Below are positions 30,423 through 40,200 of a stretch of DNA of 64,000 bases, in pieces. The first letter of the stretch is position 1, and the number at the start of each line of letters is the position of its first letter. Under the pieces are notes generated by a model. That model was not told where the DNA came from. It searched no databases and was given only the letters and a program-made list of their open reading frames with translations. The stretch is from an uncultured virus (IMG/VR IMGVR_UViG_3300036715_001702) (lineage: Duplodnaviria; Heunggongvirae; Uroviricota; Caudoviricetes). The stretch lies in IMG/VR virus record IMGVR_UViG_3300036715_001702. One strand, written 5' to 3'. Position numbers and translations under genes: made by a program.

Positions 30423-30754
30423 TAGATTTCTTGATTAACTAATTGTTTCCAGAACTTATAAAATCCTAAATATCCTATCACTATGCAAATTGCTGGTGGA
30501 ATCAACATCATGATTATTGCTGCTATTGCTCCAAAATAACTTTCATCCATAAAATTTTCAGTAACAGTATCAACGCACCAGTTTATTCTGATAAGTTCTA
30601 TCACAAAGAATATGAATGCTACACCAAATCTAAGGATGTAACCATTTTCATACATGATCTTGAACCACATTTTAAAGGAGTGATCTCCGTTTAATTCATC
30701 TTTTCTCATTTTATATTTGTTGTTTGATCTATATATTTCATATTTTGTTGTCAA
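30422..30754 (-). CDS. Membrane protein
   Basis: Two hydrophobic segments. Confidence 0.55.
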   Translation of the reverse strand: MTTKYEIYRSNNKYKMRKDELNGDHSFKMWFKIMYENGYILRFGVAFIFFVIELIRINWCVDTVTENFMDESYFGAIAAIIMMLIPPAICIVIGYLGFYKFWKQLVNQEI

Positions 30755-30805
30755 ACAATTATTTATGGTTATTCAAATCACTAATAAAATGTTTAAGTTT
30801 ACCAA

Positions 30806-31222
30806 ATGCCGAGAATAGATATACATAAAACATACATGAAGATGGCTCTGAACATAGCAGAGCTATCGTATTGCGAAAGGAAGAAAGTTGGTTGCATCAT
30901 GGTCAAAGATAAAGCCGTGATCAGTTGCGCATATAATGGAACTGTTGCAGGTTCTGACAATTCATGTGAAATAGACGGGGTCACTAAAAAAGAAGTGATT
31001 CATGCAGAACTGAATTGTGTAGCAAAAGTTTCCAAATCTACAAACAGCTCTGATGGATCTTCTATGTATATCACATTATCTCCATGTTTCGAATGTGCCA
31101 AAGTTATGTGTGCGTCAGGAGTTTCAAATGTTTACTATCTTGAAGTGTATCGAGATATGTCAGGAATTGAGTTTCTTGAACAGAACGGAATCAAATGCGA
31201 ACATATTAATTTAGAAAACTAA
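30806..31222 (+). CDS. dCMP deaminase
   Basis: HAELN and SPCFECAK zinc motifs. Confidence 0.93.
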   Translation: MPRIDIHKTYMKMALNIAELSYCERKKVGCIMVKDKAVISCAYNGTVAGSDNSCEIDGVTKKEVIHAELNCVAKVSKSTNSSDGSSMYITLSPCFECAKVMCASGVSNVYYLEVYRDMSGIEFLEQNGIKCEHINLEN

Positions 31223-31235
31223 AAATAAAATAAAT

Positions 31236-31613
31236 ATGTCAGTATACGGAAAAATAAAAAAGTTTGTAATTGTAGATCTTGAAACAGAACTTCAAAATTT
31301 GAGCCCTGAAAATAAATCATTAGACATTTATATCAGAATAAAACATGAAAATGCAGAGAAAAACAATAGATATATTGTAGCATTATATATAGAAGATCCT
31401 ATATTTGAAAAAGGATATCTCATAACAGTGAATGTTTTTCTACCAAAAGAATTGATTGATAACAATCTATTAGAATTAAACTCTTTTGCTGAATGCTCTT
31501 CAACTTCATGCAGTATAGAAATTCTGGGTATATTAGATCACTTCGACAGAGCTTATAATGGAGCTACTCAAATTCATGACAATCGATGTAAAAAGGATGT
31601 AATAAAAACCTAA
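31236..31613 (+). CDS. Hypothetical protein
   Basis: 125 aa ORF. Confidence 0.6.
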   Translation: MSVYGKIKKFVIVDLETELQNLSPENKSLDIYIRIKHENAEKNNRYIVALYIEDPIFEKGYLITVNVFLPKELIDNNLLELNSFAECSSTSCSIEILGILDHFDRAYNGATQIHDNRCKKDVIKT

Positions 31614-31643
31614 ACTTGTCAATCTTAAATTGATATAAGTTAT

Positions 31644-32381
31644 ATGATCAATTTTTCTAGTTTAGACATTTTTAAGGATCCAAAATTTATATTTGACGAA
31701 CCTTCTCATAAATATACATATGAAGGAGATCAGTTCATCAGTGTTACAACATTTTTACATCATTTCAAGTCTGAATTTGATGCTGATAAATGGGCTCAGA
31801 TAAAAGCTGATCAAGAAGGAATTACAAAAGAGGAGATGCTTTCAAGATGGAAGGAGAAATCTGATAATTCTTGTGTTCTTGGAACCAAAGTTCATTCATA
31901 TATTGAACATTTTTACAATGGTGAAAATCCTAATAAGCCTACAGAAAAAGATGTTTTATCAAGAGTTGATAAGTTTCACAGAGTTCACGAATCAAGACTT
32001 CATAAGTTGACACCTCTTGCTCAAGAACTAAGGGTTTTTTCTAAGAAATGGAAAATTGCTGGGACTATAGATGCTTTGTTTTATAAAGGAGATTTTTTAT
32101 ATGTTCTGGATTGGAAAACTAATGGATTGTTCAAGACTGCTAATCATCCAAAGGGATGTTATCAGAAATTGAAATATCCATTTGATGATATGTATGACAA
32201 TGAACACTCTTTATATTCTTTACAATTGAGTTTATATAGATTGATATTAGAAGAATATGGTATAGAAACACATGACTCGTTCTTGATCCATATAGGGCCA
32301 GATGACGAAGCTCAGGTTTATAAAGCAATGGATGTAAGAGACAAACTTAAAAAATATTTAAATGACGAATATGGAAAATAA
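31644..32381 (+). CDS. PD-(D/E)XK exonuclease
   Basis: SVTT, GTKVH, AGTIDAL..LDWKT, LQLSLY. Confidence 0.85.
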   Translation: MINFSSLDIFKDPKFIFDEPSHKYTYEGDQFISVTTFLHHFKSEFDADKWAQIKADQEGITKEEMLSRWKEKSDNSCVLGTKVHSYIEHFYNGENPNKPTEKDVLSRVDKFHRVHESRLHKLTPLAQELRVFSKKWKIAGTIDALFYKGDFLYVLDWKTNGLFKTANHPKGCYQKLKYPFDDMYDNEHSLYSLQLSLYRLILEEYGIETHDSFLIHIGPDDEAQVYKAMDVRDKLKKYLNDEYGK

Positions 32382-32961
32382 TATTGACAACATAGTAGAA
32401 AAAGAAACCAAATTTTGTGAAGAAAATAAATTTGAAAAGAACGAACAAGGAGTATTTATTTATAAATCTTCTAACGGTTTTAGCTCGATCAATCTTCCTT
32501 ATATCTTAAAGGATTATGTCGATCAATATTTAGAAAATAATAGACTTCATACTACATCAGATCTCAGAGATGAATGGAGAAAAGGGTATGATGAAGGATA
32601 TGATGAAGGATGCGATGAAAGATGTAATAAAGATTGTAAATATGTTTTTTCTAGTTATGAAAGTTCGGTTACTTTGAAAGAGCTTGAATATGAATATTCT
32701 GTAAAAACTATAAAGATTAAAACGCCATATGATGAGATGAAGTTTAATCTTGTTAAAGACATGTTTGATAGATTTGATCTAAATCAACTTGAAAAATTAT
32801 CTAGTAATGTTACTGAATATGATAAGTTGGAAAAGAAATATGAAGATTTGGAAGATAATGTTGATAATGTTGATAGTTTACAAAATTATGTAGAAAATAA
32901 CTATATTGACGACTATGCTATTGAAAATTTAATTCATAAAATAGAATCCTTAAAGTATTAA
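32362..32961 (+). CDS. Hypothetical protein with GYDE repeats
   Basis: 199 aa ORF. Confidence 0.65.
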   Translation: MTNMENNIDNIVEKETKFCEENKFEKNEQGVFIYKSSNGFSSINLPYILKDYVDQYLENNRLHTTSDLRDEWRKGYDEGYDEGCDERCNKDCKYVFSSYESSVTLKELEYEYSVKTIKIKTPYDEMKFNLVKDMFDRFDLNQLEKLSSNVTEYDKLEKKYEDLEDNVDNVDSLQNYVENNYIDDYAIENLIHKIESLKY

Positions 32962-32964
32962 TAA

Positions 32965-33396
32965 ATGATCAAAGAGTGGAAAAATAGTAAAGCTGGTTTT
33001 AATTATTTCATAGAACAAGAATATGAAGCTGGTATGATCTTGATAGGTTTGGAAGTTAAATCGATAAAAGATGGTAGATTTGATTTCTCAGGATCTTATG
33101 TAGCTTTAAAAGGAGAAGAATTATATCTTCGTAATCTACATATTTCATCTTGGAATAATCTAGAGATGCAATCAAAGAGGGATATAAAACTATTGTTGAA
33201 CAAATCAGAAATAAAAAAGGTGAAGGATTCCATCACGATAGATAGAATAGCAGCTTTTCCTACAAGCATAGTGGTCAATAAAAAAGGTTTGATAAAATTA
33301 CATATAGCAACAGGTAGAGGTAAGAAGAAAGCTGACAAAAGACAGACTATCATCAAAAGGGATGCCGAACGAAAAATGAAATCAGGAGATGAATAA
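32965..33396 (+). CDS. smpB: SsrA-binding protein
   Basis: YEAGMIL.GLEVKS, KLLL, GRGKKKADKRQTI. Confidence 0.92.
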   Translation: MIKEWKNSKAGFNYFIEQEYEAGMILIGLEVKSIKDGRFDFSGSYVALKGEELYLRNLHISSWNNLEMQSKRDIKLLLNKSEIKKVKDSITIDRIAAFPTSIVVNKKGLIKLHIATGRGKKKADKRQTIIKRDAERKMKSGDE

Positions 33397-34378
33397 ATTA
33401 GACGAAGATTATAAAATACTATTGAATCATATTTTAGCCAATGGCAAAGTAAAAAGTGATCGTACAGGAACAGGAACTTTATCTGTGTTTGATTACACTA
33501 TCAGACATAAGATGGAAGAAGGATTTCCTTTGCTTACAAGTAAAAAAATGTTTGTAAAAGGTATCATACATGAAGCTATATGGTTTCTTAGAGGCGATAC
33601 GAATATAAAATATTTAGTTGATAATGGAGTTCATATTTGGGATAATGATTGTTATAATTTTTATTGCAAAAATATAGATGATAAAAGCCTTATACATTCT
33701 AAAGAAGTTTTTATAGATTTGATAAAAAATAATCCTGAATTTGCTAAAGAATATGGAGATTTAGGTCCTGTTTATGGAGCGCAATGGAGAAATTGGAATG
33801 GTGAAATAGATCAGATAAAAAATCTTGTTCATGAATTAAAAAACAATCCAGATTCAAGGAGATTATTAGTTAGTGCTTGGAATGTTTCAGTTTTAAATGA
33901 TATTGCATTACCATCATGTCATTATGTATTTCAATGTTATACTGAAGAAATGACATTAGAAGAAAGAATTAAGCATTGGTGTGATTCTATTGGAAAAAGT
34001 GTTCATTACGGTGAAGATTTTTATCATGAAAAATTAGATAAAATAGGAGTTCCTAAAAGAAAAATAAGTCTTAAATGGAATCAAAGAAGTGTTGATGTTG
34101 GACTTGGCTTACCATTTAATTTAGCATCATATGGCTTAATACTTTATTTACTTGCACAAGAAGTAAATATGATTCCAAATGAATTGATATTTTCAGGAGG
34201 AGATTGTCATATTTATAAAAATCATGTCGAAGGTCTAAAGAAACAACTCACTCAAGAATCATATCCACTATCCACTTTAGTACTGAATAACAATTCAATT
34301 TTTGATGTAAAATATGAAGATATAGAAATCATGAATTATCAAAGTTCTGTTTTAATCAAATTAGATCTTTCAAACTAA
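33389..34378 (+). CDS. thyA: Thymidylate synthase
   Basis: DRTGTGT, GPVYGAQW, ALPSCH, QRSVD.GLGLPFN. Confidence 0.97.
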   Translation: MNKLDEDYKILLNHILANGKVKSDRTGTGTLSVFDYTIRHKMEEGFPLLTSKKMFVKGIIHEAIWFLRGDTNIKYLVDNGVHIWDNDCYNFYCKNIDDKSLIHSKEVFIDLIKNNPEFAKEYGDLGPVYGAQWRNWNGEIDQIKNLVHELKNNPDSRRLLVSAWNVSVLNDIALPSCHYVFQCYTEEMTLEERIKHWCDSIGKSVHYGEDFYHEKLDKIGVPKRKISLKWNQRSVDVGLGLPFNLASYGLILYLLAQEVNMIPNELIFSGGDCHIYKNHVEGLKKQLTQESYPLSTLVLNNNSIFDVKYEDIEIMNYQSSVLIKLDLSN

Positions 34379-34379
34379 C

Positions 34380-34616
34380 ATGAACCAAAATAATCCTGCT
34401 ACCAAAGACGAACTAGAATATTGGAAATTAATGTATAATTTTGAAGATACAGTGAGATTTTTTAATACAGGAATACTAAGTAAAAAGATGTGTATTGTTA
34501 ATATTAAACAATTTCTCAATGAAGCAAAAATTATCATACAGAGAAAAACTAATACTAATATTAAAGATTTTGATAATTTTGTTCAACAAGCTGAAACATG
34601 GATAAACAAGAACTAA
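34380..34616 (+). CDS. Hypothetical protein
   Basis: 78 aa ORF. Confidence 0.55.
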   Translation: MNQNNPATKDELEYWKLMYNFEDTVRFFNTGILSKKMCIVNIKQFLNEAKIIIQRKTNTNIKDFDNFVQQAETWINKN

Positions 34617-35119
34617 AAAACAAATCAAACAATATGTCTATATTCGGGCGTATCAAATTCAAAATCTTAAAAAGATTTGCCAAAACCAACAAAGGTTGGA
34701 ACAGGATAAAGAACAGAATAGATAACAAAAGCCATACTCTTGATTCTTATCAAGAGAAGGCTATCAAATTGTGGGATCTATGTCTTCATGACAAGGAAGC
34801 TCAGATATACTGCTCTATATCAACTTTTAAAAGACAGATAGAAAAAGATGATCTATTGATCATTCTAGCTCCTACTGGAAATAGAAATAATGGCATAACT
34901 ATCATAGATATGACTGATGGACATCATAATTGCTTCAATATCAATTTCAGTGATAGACTTGAAGGAGTGATTGATGATCTAAAAGAAGCTTTTGATGTCG
35001 AAATGGAAAAACGTGTAAGATATATAGAGTTTTCTAAAAAAGAGATCATGAACAAGGATTTGGATCATTTAGTATCTGTACAATCTGCAAAATATGTAAA
35101 AACAGAAGCATTATCGTGA
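34598..35119 (+). CDS. Hypothetical protein
   Basis: 173 aa ORF. Confidence 0.65.
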   Translation: MDKQELKNKSNNMSIFGRIKFKILKRFAKTNKGWNRIKNRIDNKSHTLDSYQEKAIKLWDLCLHDKEAQIYCSISTFKRQIEKDDLLIILAPTGNRNNGITIIDMTDGHHNCFNINFSDRLEGVIDDLKEAFDVEMEKRVRYIEFSKKEIMNKDLDHLVSVQSAKYVKTEALS

Positions 35120-35583
35120 ATATCATAGATATCCATTCTAAAGGTGTTTATCCAAGTAACTTACTAAGTAATTTTTATCATCATGATTTCATATTTGAAG
35201 ATATAAAAATCAGGAGCATGGAAAGCTTTTTACAATCATTGAAGATTCAAGATAAAGGAGCTCAAATTGCTTGTTGTGGATTGCCTTCGATGGCTGCAAG
35301 AAATTATGCTAACCAACAACCTAACTGGAAAAATACTAATAATTTATATTGGTTGGAAATAACGTATGATCGAAATAGTGTAGATTATCAACTTTTTTTA
35401 GCTAAAGCATTCTTTGCTATGATGAAGAATTCTGATAAATTTAGAAAGGCTATTATCGATACTGGAAATTCAGAATTAATCCATTCAATAGGAAAGAAGA
35501 ATATCAATGAAACAATACTAACAGAAGAAGAGTTCATCACACTTCTCAAGAAATGTAGAAAATATATTAATAAACATTATTGA
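35116..35583 (+). CDS. NADAR-family protein (T4 gp30.3-like)
   Basis: LSNFY..SMESFLQSLK..LYW..LIHSIG..TILTEEEF. Confidence 0.75.
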   Translation: MNIIDIHSKGVYPSNLLSNFYHHDFIFEDIKIRSMESFLQSLKIQDKGAQIACCGLPSMAARNYANQQPNWKNTNNLYWLEITYDRNSVDYQLFLAKAFFAMMKNSDKFRKAIIDTGNSELIHSIGKKNINETILTEEEFITLLKKCRKYINKHY

Positions 35584-35774
35584 AAAATTTGAATATATAA
35601 AATAAAATATAGAAATGATGGTTAATAAATATGCTCTATGTCTGAAAGATAAGATTGAAAAACTTTACACTTATGATTGTTTGAATTCAGATCAAGCTGT
35701 GATATTTTTTTTGCTCAAATGAAAAAATTGAATATTGATGATTTTTTAAATATTTTTAATGTGATAAAAGCTTA

Positions 35775-36047
35775 ATGGAAACAATAACAAGAGTACTTTT
35801 AGTTACAGGAGATGATGATTATCATGCAAACACTTTTGAGAATGAACATGGAGGAATCCTTGTAAAGAATATCTTAGACAATATTCAAGATTATTTCAGT
35901 AATGGCTATGAACTTGAGGTGTTAGCATTTAATGGTAACATAGATCCAAATTTCATTAAATTTATTAGAAGATATATTCAAGATTATGATCAAAGTAAGA
36001 CTACAAACTTCTATATGGAAAATTCTAAAGTAGGAGAAAGAGATTAA
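35775..36047 (+). CDS. Hypothetical protein
   Basis: 90 aa ORF. Confidence 0.6.
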   Translation: METITRVLLVTGDDDYHANTFENEHGGILVKNILDNIQDYFSNGYELEVLAFNGNIDPNFIKFIRRYIQDYDQSKTTNFYMENSKVGERD

Positions 36048-37183
36048 TCTATTGTTATTTTAATCACAGGTTTTCCTGAAAACATTCCTTCAGTGAATCC
36101 ATATTCTAAACAAACAATGTAATCTTGACATACTATTTTCAAAATGTATGGATTTTCTAATGTATAAAAAACTAAAGATGTACATGTTTCTGATAAAATT
36201 ATTTTATCATCAATAACATACGATTTACTTCCTGCCCATATATTTAATAGATCTTTGACTGCTATATCAAAATTACTCTTTAAAGATCCTGAAACGTCAA
36301 CTGTGCCATTATTTCCTTTCACGTCCCTTTTAAATGTTCTACAACCATCTATCACTAAATCTATGAATATATCTCTAACTACCAATTTATTATAAAGCTT
36401 TATAAATTCTTGATCTTCTTTGATAGTTTTTAAACAATGTTCGAAGTAATCTTTAAATTTTCGTATGTTGGCATTAAACTCTGTTATAAACAATCCTAAT
36501 ATTTTTTTGTGTGGATCCAACAATGTTGCATTATTCAATAGCTCTATATTTATAATTTCTTCCAAAATAAAAGATTTAGAATGTTTCCATATTTTTGGAT
36601 CGATTCTTGTTTTCATAAATTGGAACATCTCATTGACGGCATGATCCATTTTAGATTTGTATTTAGTCTGGTTTAAGTTGTTTCCTTCTCCAAATATAAC
36701 ATCAGATAATGAATTAAAATCTACCTTTTTAACAAAATTCTTATAACTTTCTAAAGAAACATCATATATACATATTTCATCTTTTACTATCAAAGATAAT
36801 TCTGGTGAAGTTTTATAAATTCCAACCTCTTTGATGTTTATGATGTTTTTTCTGATATTGTCTGCAAGATTCTGAGCTTTCTGAAGTATTTTTCTACCTT
36901 TGATTATATCAAATTCATCCAAAGGATCAAAGAAATCATTGAACATATTTTGATCTTCTGGTGCTCCTGTTTCATCTTTGTAGTATTTTATGATAGTTTT
37001 ATCATTCGATATGATTATTTGAAGATCTTTCAAAAATGATTGTTTATCAGCCAGGTATTTAGGTCTTGGTTTGTCAGATAATAGATTTGTTAAAAACTCA
37101 CTATTTGCTAAGCAACATAATGTGCATACAGCCAATACTTTATTATCGGTATTTAATACTTTTAAGTCTAATTTGTTCATCAC
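36044..37183 (-). CDS. Hypothetical protein (late-type promoter)
   Basis: 379 aa ORF; AATATATAG just upstream. Confidence 0.7.
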   Translation of the reverse strand: MMNKLDLKVLNTDNKVLAVCTLCCLANSEFLTNLLSDKPRPKYLADKQSFLKDLQIIISNDKTIIKYYKDETGAPEDQNMFNDFFDPLDEFDIIKGRKILQKAQNLADNIRKNIINIKEVGIYKTSPELSLIVKDEICIYDVSLESYKNFVKKVDFNSLSDVIFGEGNNLNQTKYKSKMDHAVNEMFQFMKTRIDPKIWKHSKSFILEEIINIELLNNATLLDPHKKILGLFITEFNANIRKFKDYFEHCLKTIKEDQEFIKLYNKLVVRDIFIDLVIDGCRTFKRDVKGNNGTVDVSGSLKSNFDIAVKDLLNIWAGSKSYVIDDKIILSETCTSLVFYTLENPYILKIVCQDYIVCLEYGFTEGMFSGKPVIKITID

Positions 37184-37232
37184 AAGTCTATATATTAGAA
37201 ATAAGGTTCTTGACTATTTCAATATATAGGAT

Positions 37233-37823
37233 ATGATAACAAATTTTAAACAATTCGTAAACGAAAACTTGTTGGTTCCACGTAACCTGGAAGGCCGCAA
37301 GGATAAATTAAAGCAAATGAACATAAAATTACTTTCTCAGGAAGTGATAGATGGAGATCTTATACTTGACGAATCCTTCATGGATATTGATCCTAAATTT
37401 ATAAAGCTCAAGAAAGTGAATGGTGATGTTTGGTTATCTGGAAATAAATGGACTGAAATACCTACATGGTTGAAAAATATTGAAATATCTGGATATTTTG
37501 ATTGTTCATTCAATAAATTGACTACATTAAAAAATTGTCCACAGAATATAGGAGGAAGTTTTTCTTGTACATATAATGAATTAGCATCTCTGGAAGGATG
37601 TCCTGAAAATATAGAAGGAAATTTTTGGTGTTCTTATAATTTATTAACGACTCTGAAAGGTTGTCCAAAAAATATAGGATGGGTTTTTGATTGTGTCGGT
37701 AACAGATTATCATCTCTAGATGGATGCCCTGAAAACATAGGAGGAGATTTTTATTGTAGTAATAATAAAGTCAAATTAGAACTTCCAGATTATGTAAAAC
37801 TGAAAGATGAATTTTATAATTAA
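37233..37823 (+). CDS. LRR-like family paralog 4
   Basis: MITNFKQFVNE; four repeats. Confidence 0.9.
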   Translation: MITNFKQFVNENLLVPRNLEGRKDKLKQMNIKLLSQEVIDGDLILDESFMDIDPKFIKLKKVNGDVWLSGNKWTEIPTWLKNIEISGYFDCSFNKLTTLKNCPQNIGGSFSCTYNELASLEGCPENIEGNFWCSYNLLTTLKGCPKNIGWVFDCVGNRLSSLDGCPENIGGDFYCSNNKVKLELPDYVKLKDEFYN

Positions 37824-37892
37824 TGTAAAATGCACCAAGAAAATCTATTTATCGATCATCTGAATATAGATTCTGCATATAATATATAGTAT

Positions 37893-38357
37893 ATGATAAC
37901 AAATTTCAAGACGTTCGTAAACGAAAACTTGTTGGTTCCACGTAACCTAGAAGGTCGCAAGGAGAAATTAAAGCAATTAAACATCAAGTTGCTTTCTCAG
38001 GAAGTGATTGATGGAAATCTTGAAATTGACGAATCCTTCATGGATATTGATGCTAAGTTTGTAAAGCTCAAGGAAGTGAATGGTGATGTTTGGTTAAGAG
38101 GATATCAATGGACAGAAACACCTGCATGGTTGAAAGATGTAGAAATAACTGGAGTTTTTTCTTGTTTACATAATAAATTGACCACATTGAAAAATTGCCC
38201 ACAGAAGATAGGAGGAACTTTTAATTGTTCAAATAATCAATTAACATCTCTAGAAGGATGCCCTGTGTTTATAGGAGGAAATTTTTGGTGTGATAATAAT
38301 AAAGATAAATTAAAGCTTCCAGATTATGTTAAACTGAAAGGTAAATTTTATAATTAA
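37893..38357 (+). CDS. LRR-like family paralog 5
   Basis: MITNFKTFVNE; two repeats. Confidence 0.9.
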   Translation: MITNFKTFVNENLLVPRNLEGRKEKLKQLNIKLLSQEVIDGNLEIDESFMDIDAKFVKLKEVNGDVWLRGYQWTETPAWLKDVEITGVFSCLHNKLTTLKNCPQKIGGTFNCSNNQLTSLEGCPVFIGGNFWCDNNKDKLKLPDYVKLKGKFYN

Positions 38358-38358
38358 T

Positions 38359-38997
38359 ATGAAGCATTTAAAAACATATATTGAATATTTAAAAGAGAGC
38401 TTGGATGGCATAGAAATGCCTTATAAAATATATCTGAAGGAATCTATTGGAGCAGAATTAGAAAGTTTGTTGAATGTACTAGATACTGAAAAGATTGATT
38501 TTTATACATTCTTTGATGTCACCAAGGATGATATATCTGAAGATGCCGATATAGATATTCTTGTAAAGAATAAACATTTTTTGCAAGCTTTAAGAGACAA
38601 ATTCTTGAAAAAGACCAATGTTGAAAACTCTGATGATTATGAGACTTTTTTGAAATCTCCTATCAGGTTTTTCTTCTTGTATGATAAAAATAAAAACAAT
38701 ATAGAAAATCCTGACTATATCATAGTTCAAGAATTCGATAAGAACATGAAAGTTTGGATACCTTTCAAAATGTACATCATCAAAGATTCTATGAACAAGT
38801 TTTATGATAAGCTAACCAGCAAAACCATAGAAATAAAAACTGGAAATGATACTTACATATACAATACAACTAATTCTGGTAACAACTGGCAACTCCAGAA
38901 TACAGAATTAGAAAATGATAAGTTCAAGAAAATGATGTCCTCAGAAGAGCTAGAATCACTTCTTGGTACAGATACCACTGTAAAAATAATTTATTAA
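38359..38997 (+). CDS. Hypothetical protein with capsid-targeting-like N-terminus
   Basis: MKHLKTYIEYLKE. Confidence 0.7.
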   Translation: MKHLKTYIEYLKESLDGIEMPYKIYLKESIGAELESLLNVLDTEKIDFYTFFDVTKDDISEDADIDILVKNKHFLQALRDKFLKKTNVENSDDYETFLKSPIRFFFLYDKNKNNIENPDYIIVQEFDKNMKVWIPFKMYIIKDSMNKFYDKLTSKTIEIKTGNDTYIYNTTNSGNNWQLQNTELENDKFKKMMSSEELESLLGTDTTVKIIY

Positions 38998-38998
38998 A

Positions 38999-39853
38999 AT
39001 GCATATAAAAAATTACAAAGATTTCTTATTTGAAAATAAAGCTGATCAGGATCTTGTCAGAAAATATTTCAGTATTAGTGCAAAAACTACATATTTCAAA
39101 GTCCCTTTGGATATATTCAAGATTTCTGAAAAGGCCTTTTACATGGGTTATAAAAATGAAGATAACAAAGAAATTGCTATGTGGTTTCCAAAAATAGGAG
39201 TTCAAGGACCTTTCACTACTCCAAAATATTTTGATATACAACCAAATGAAATGTATCACATTGCTTGGTGGTTGATAGATGGTGACGATAAGAAGAAAAC
39301 ACAATTTTTTACAGATTATGCCAAGTTTACAGAAACTATGATAGGTAAAGAAAATGAAAAATCATTCAACAAGGAGATAGAAGCAGATGATAAAATTTCA
39401 TCATACATAATAAACAAGCTGAATAAGTTTTTTGAATTTTTTGAATCTGATATAGTTGCTGTAAAAGTAGATATAGAAGATTTTGAAAAATATCTCTACA
39501 AGGTTAAAACTAACCATGGAGATTTTATAGTTATGTATAGAGGAGATTCGTATTTCAGGATAGATATCGATGCCAAAAAACCTGTATTCTTGATGAAAGA
39601 ATTAAACAAAAAGGATTATACTCAATATTTGGATTTATTGGCTATTATGAAATTTTTGAAAATGGATACAAAAAAGATTGAAAAGTATTTATTAGATCTG
39701 TTTAAATCTGAGTGTAAAGGTTATGATAAAGATTATCAGTATGCTCCACAATCTTCATCAAGGTATCGACAAGGTGTATATGTAAATAATTTTGCCAGAG
39801 AATTAAAAAAATACGGTTTTGAAAAAGAAGTAACGAAGATATTAAATGTATAA
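38999..39853 (+). CDS. Hypothetical protein with capsid-targeting-like N-terminus
   Basis: MHIKNYKDFLFE. Confidence 0.7.
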   Translation: MHIKNYKDFLFENKADQDLVRKYFSISAKTTYFKVPLDIFKISEKAFYMGYKNEDNKEIAMWFPKIGVQGPFTTPKYFDIQPNEMYHIAWWLIDGDDKKKTQFFTDYAKFTETMIGKENEKSFNKEIEADDKISSYIINKLNKFFEFFESDIVAVKVDIEDFEKYLYKVKTNHGDFIVMYRGDSYFRIDIDAKKPVFLMKELNKKDYTQYLDLLAIMKFLKMDTKKIEKYLLDLFKSECKGYDKDYQYAPQSSSRYRQGVYVNNFARELKKYGFEKEVTKILNV

Positions 39854-40151
39854 AATTGTCAGCGTCATATCCAATGTTGAGATAGAACTAAACGAAAGTG
39901 AATCAGTTCAACTTTCAAAAGTTCTAGCTGCAAAGAAGTGGACCAGAACTGAATGTGAGACTTTCGATGCCGAAATATGGCATGAAGAAAATGATCATGT
40001 CTATAGCATAGTCGATGAAGGAAAAGCTTTTTACAATGTGAACAGCAAGATGTGTTTGAAAGATCCTTTAGCAAAGAAACTATTGGATCGTTTGATAAAG
40101 CTGGAAGATGTCTATATAGAAGATATGCAAAAGGATATCGATATAAAATAA
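39846..40151 (+). CDS. Hypothetical protein
   Basis: 101 aa ORF followed by palindromic terminator agcctgataaa/tttatcaggct. Confidence 0.6.
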   Translation: MYKIVSVISNVEIELNESESVQLSKVLAAKKWTRTECETFDAEIWHEENDHVYSIVDEGKAFYNVNSKMCLKDPLAKKLLDRLIKLEDVYIEDMQKDIDIK

Positions 40152-40200
40152 AAAAGCCTGATAAATTTATCAGGCTTTATTTTTGTAAAAAATACATCTC

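Noticed and set aside
35617..35775. Frameshifts in homopolymer runs (here, 61939-62400, ~16530) as programmed frameshifting or phase variation
   Set aside because: Cannot be told apart from sequencing error or pseudogene decay without reads.
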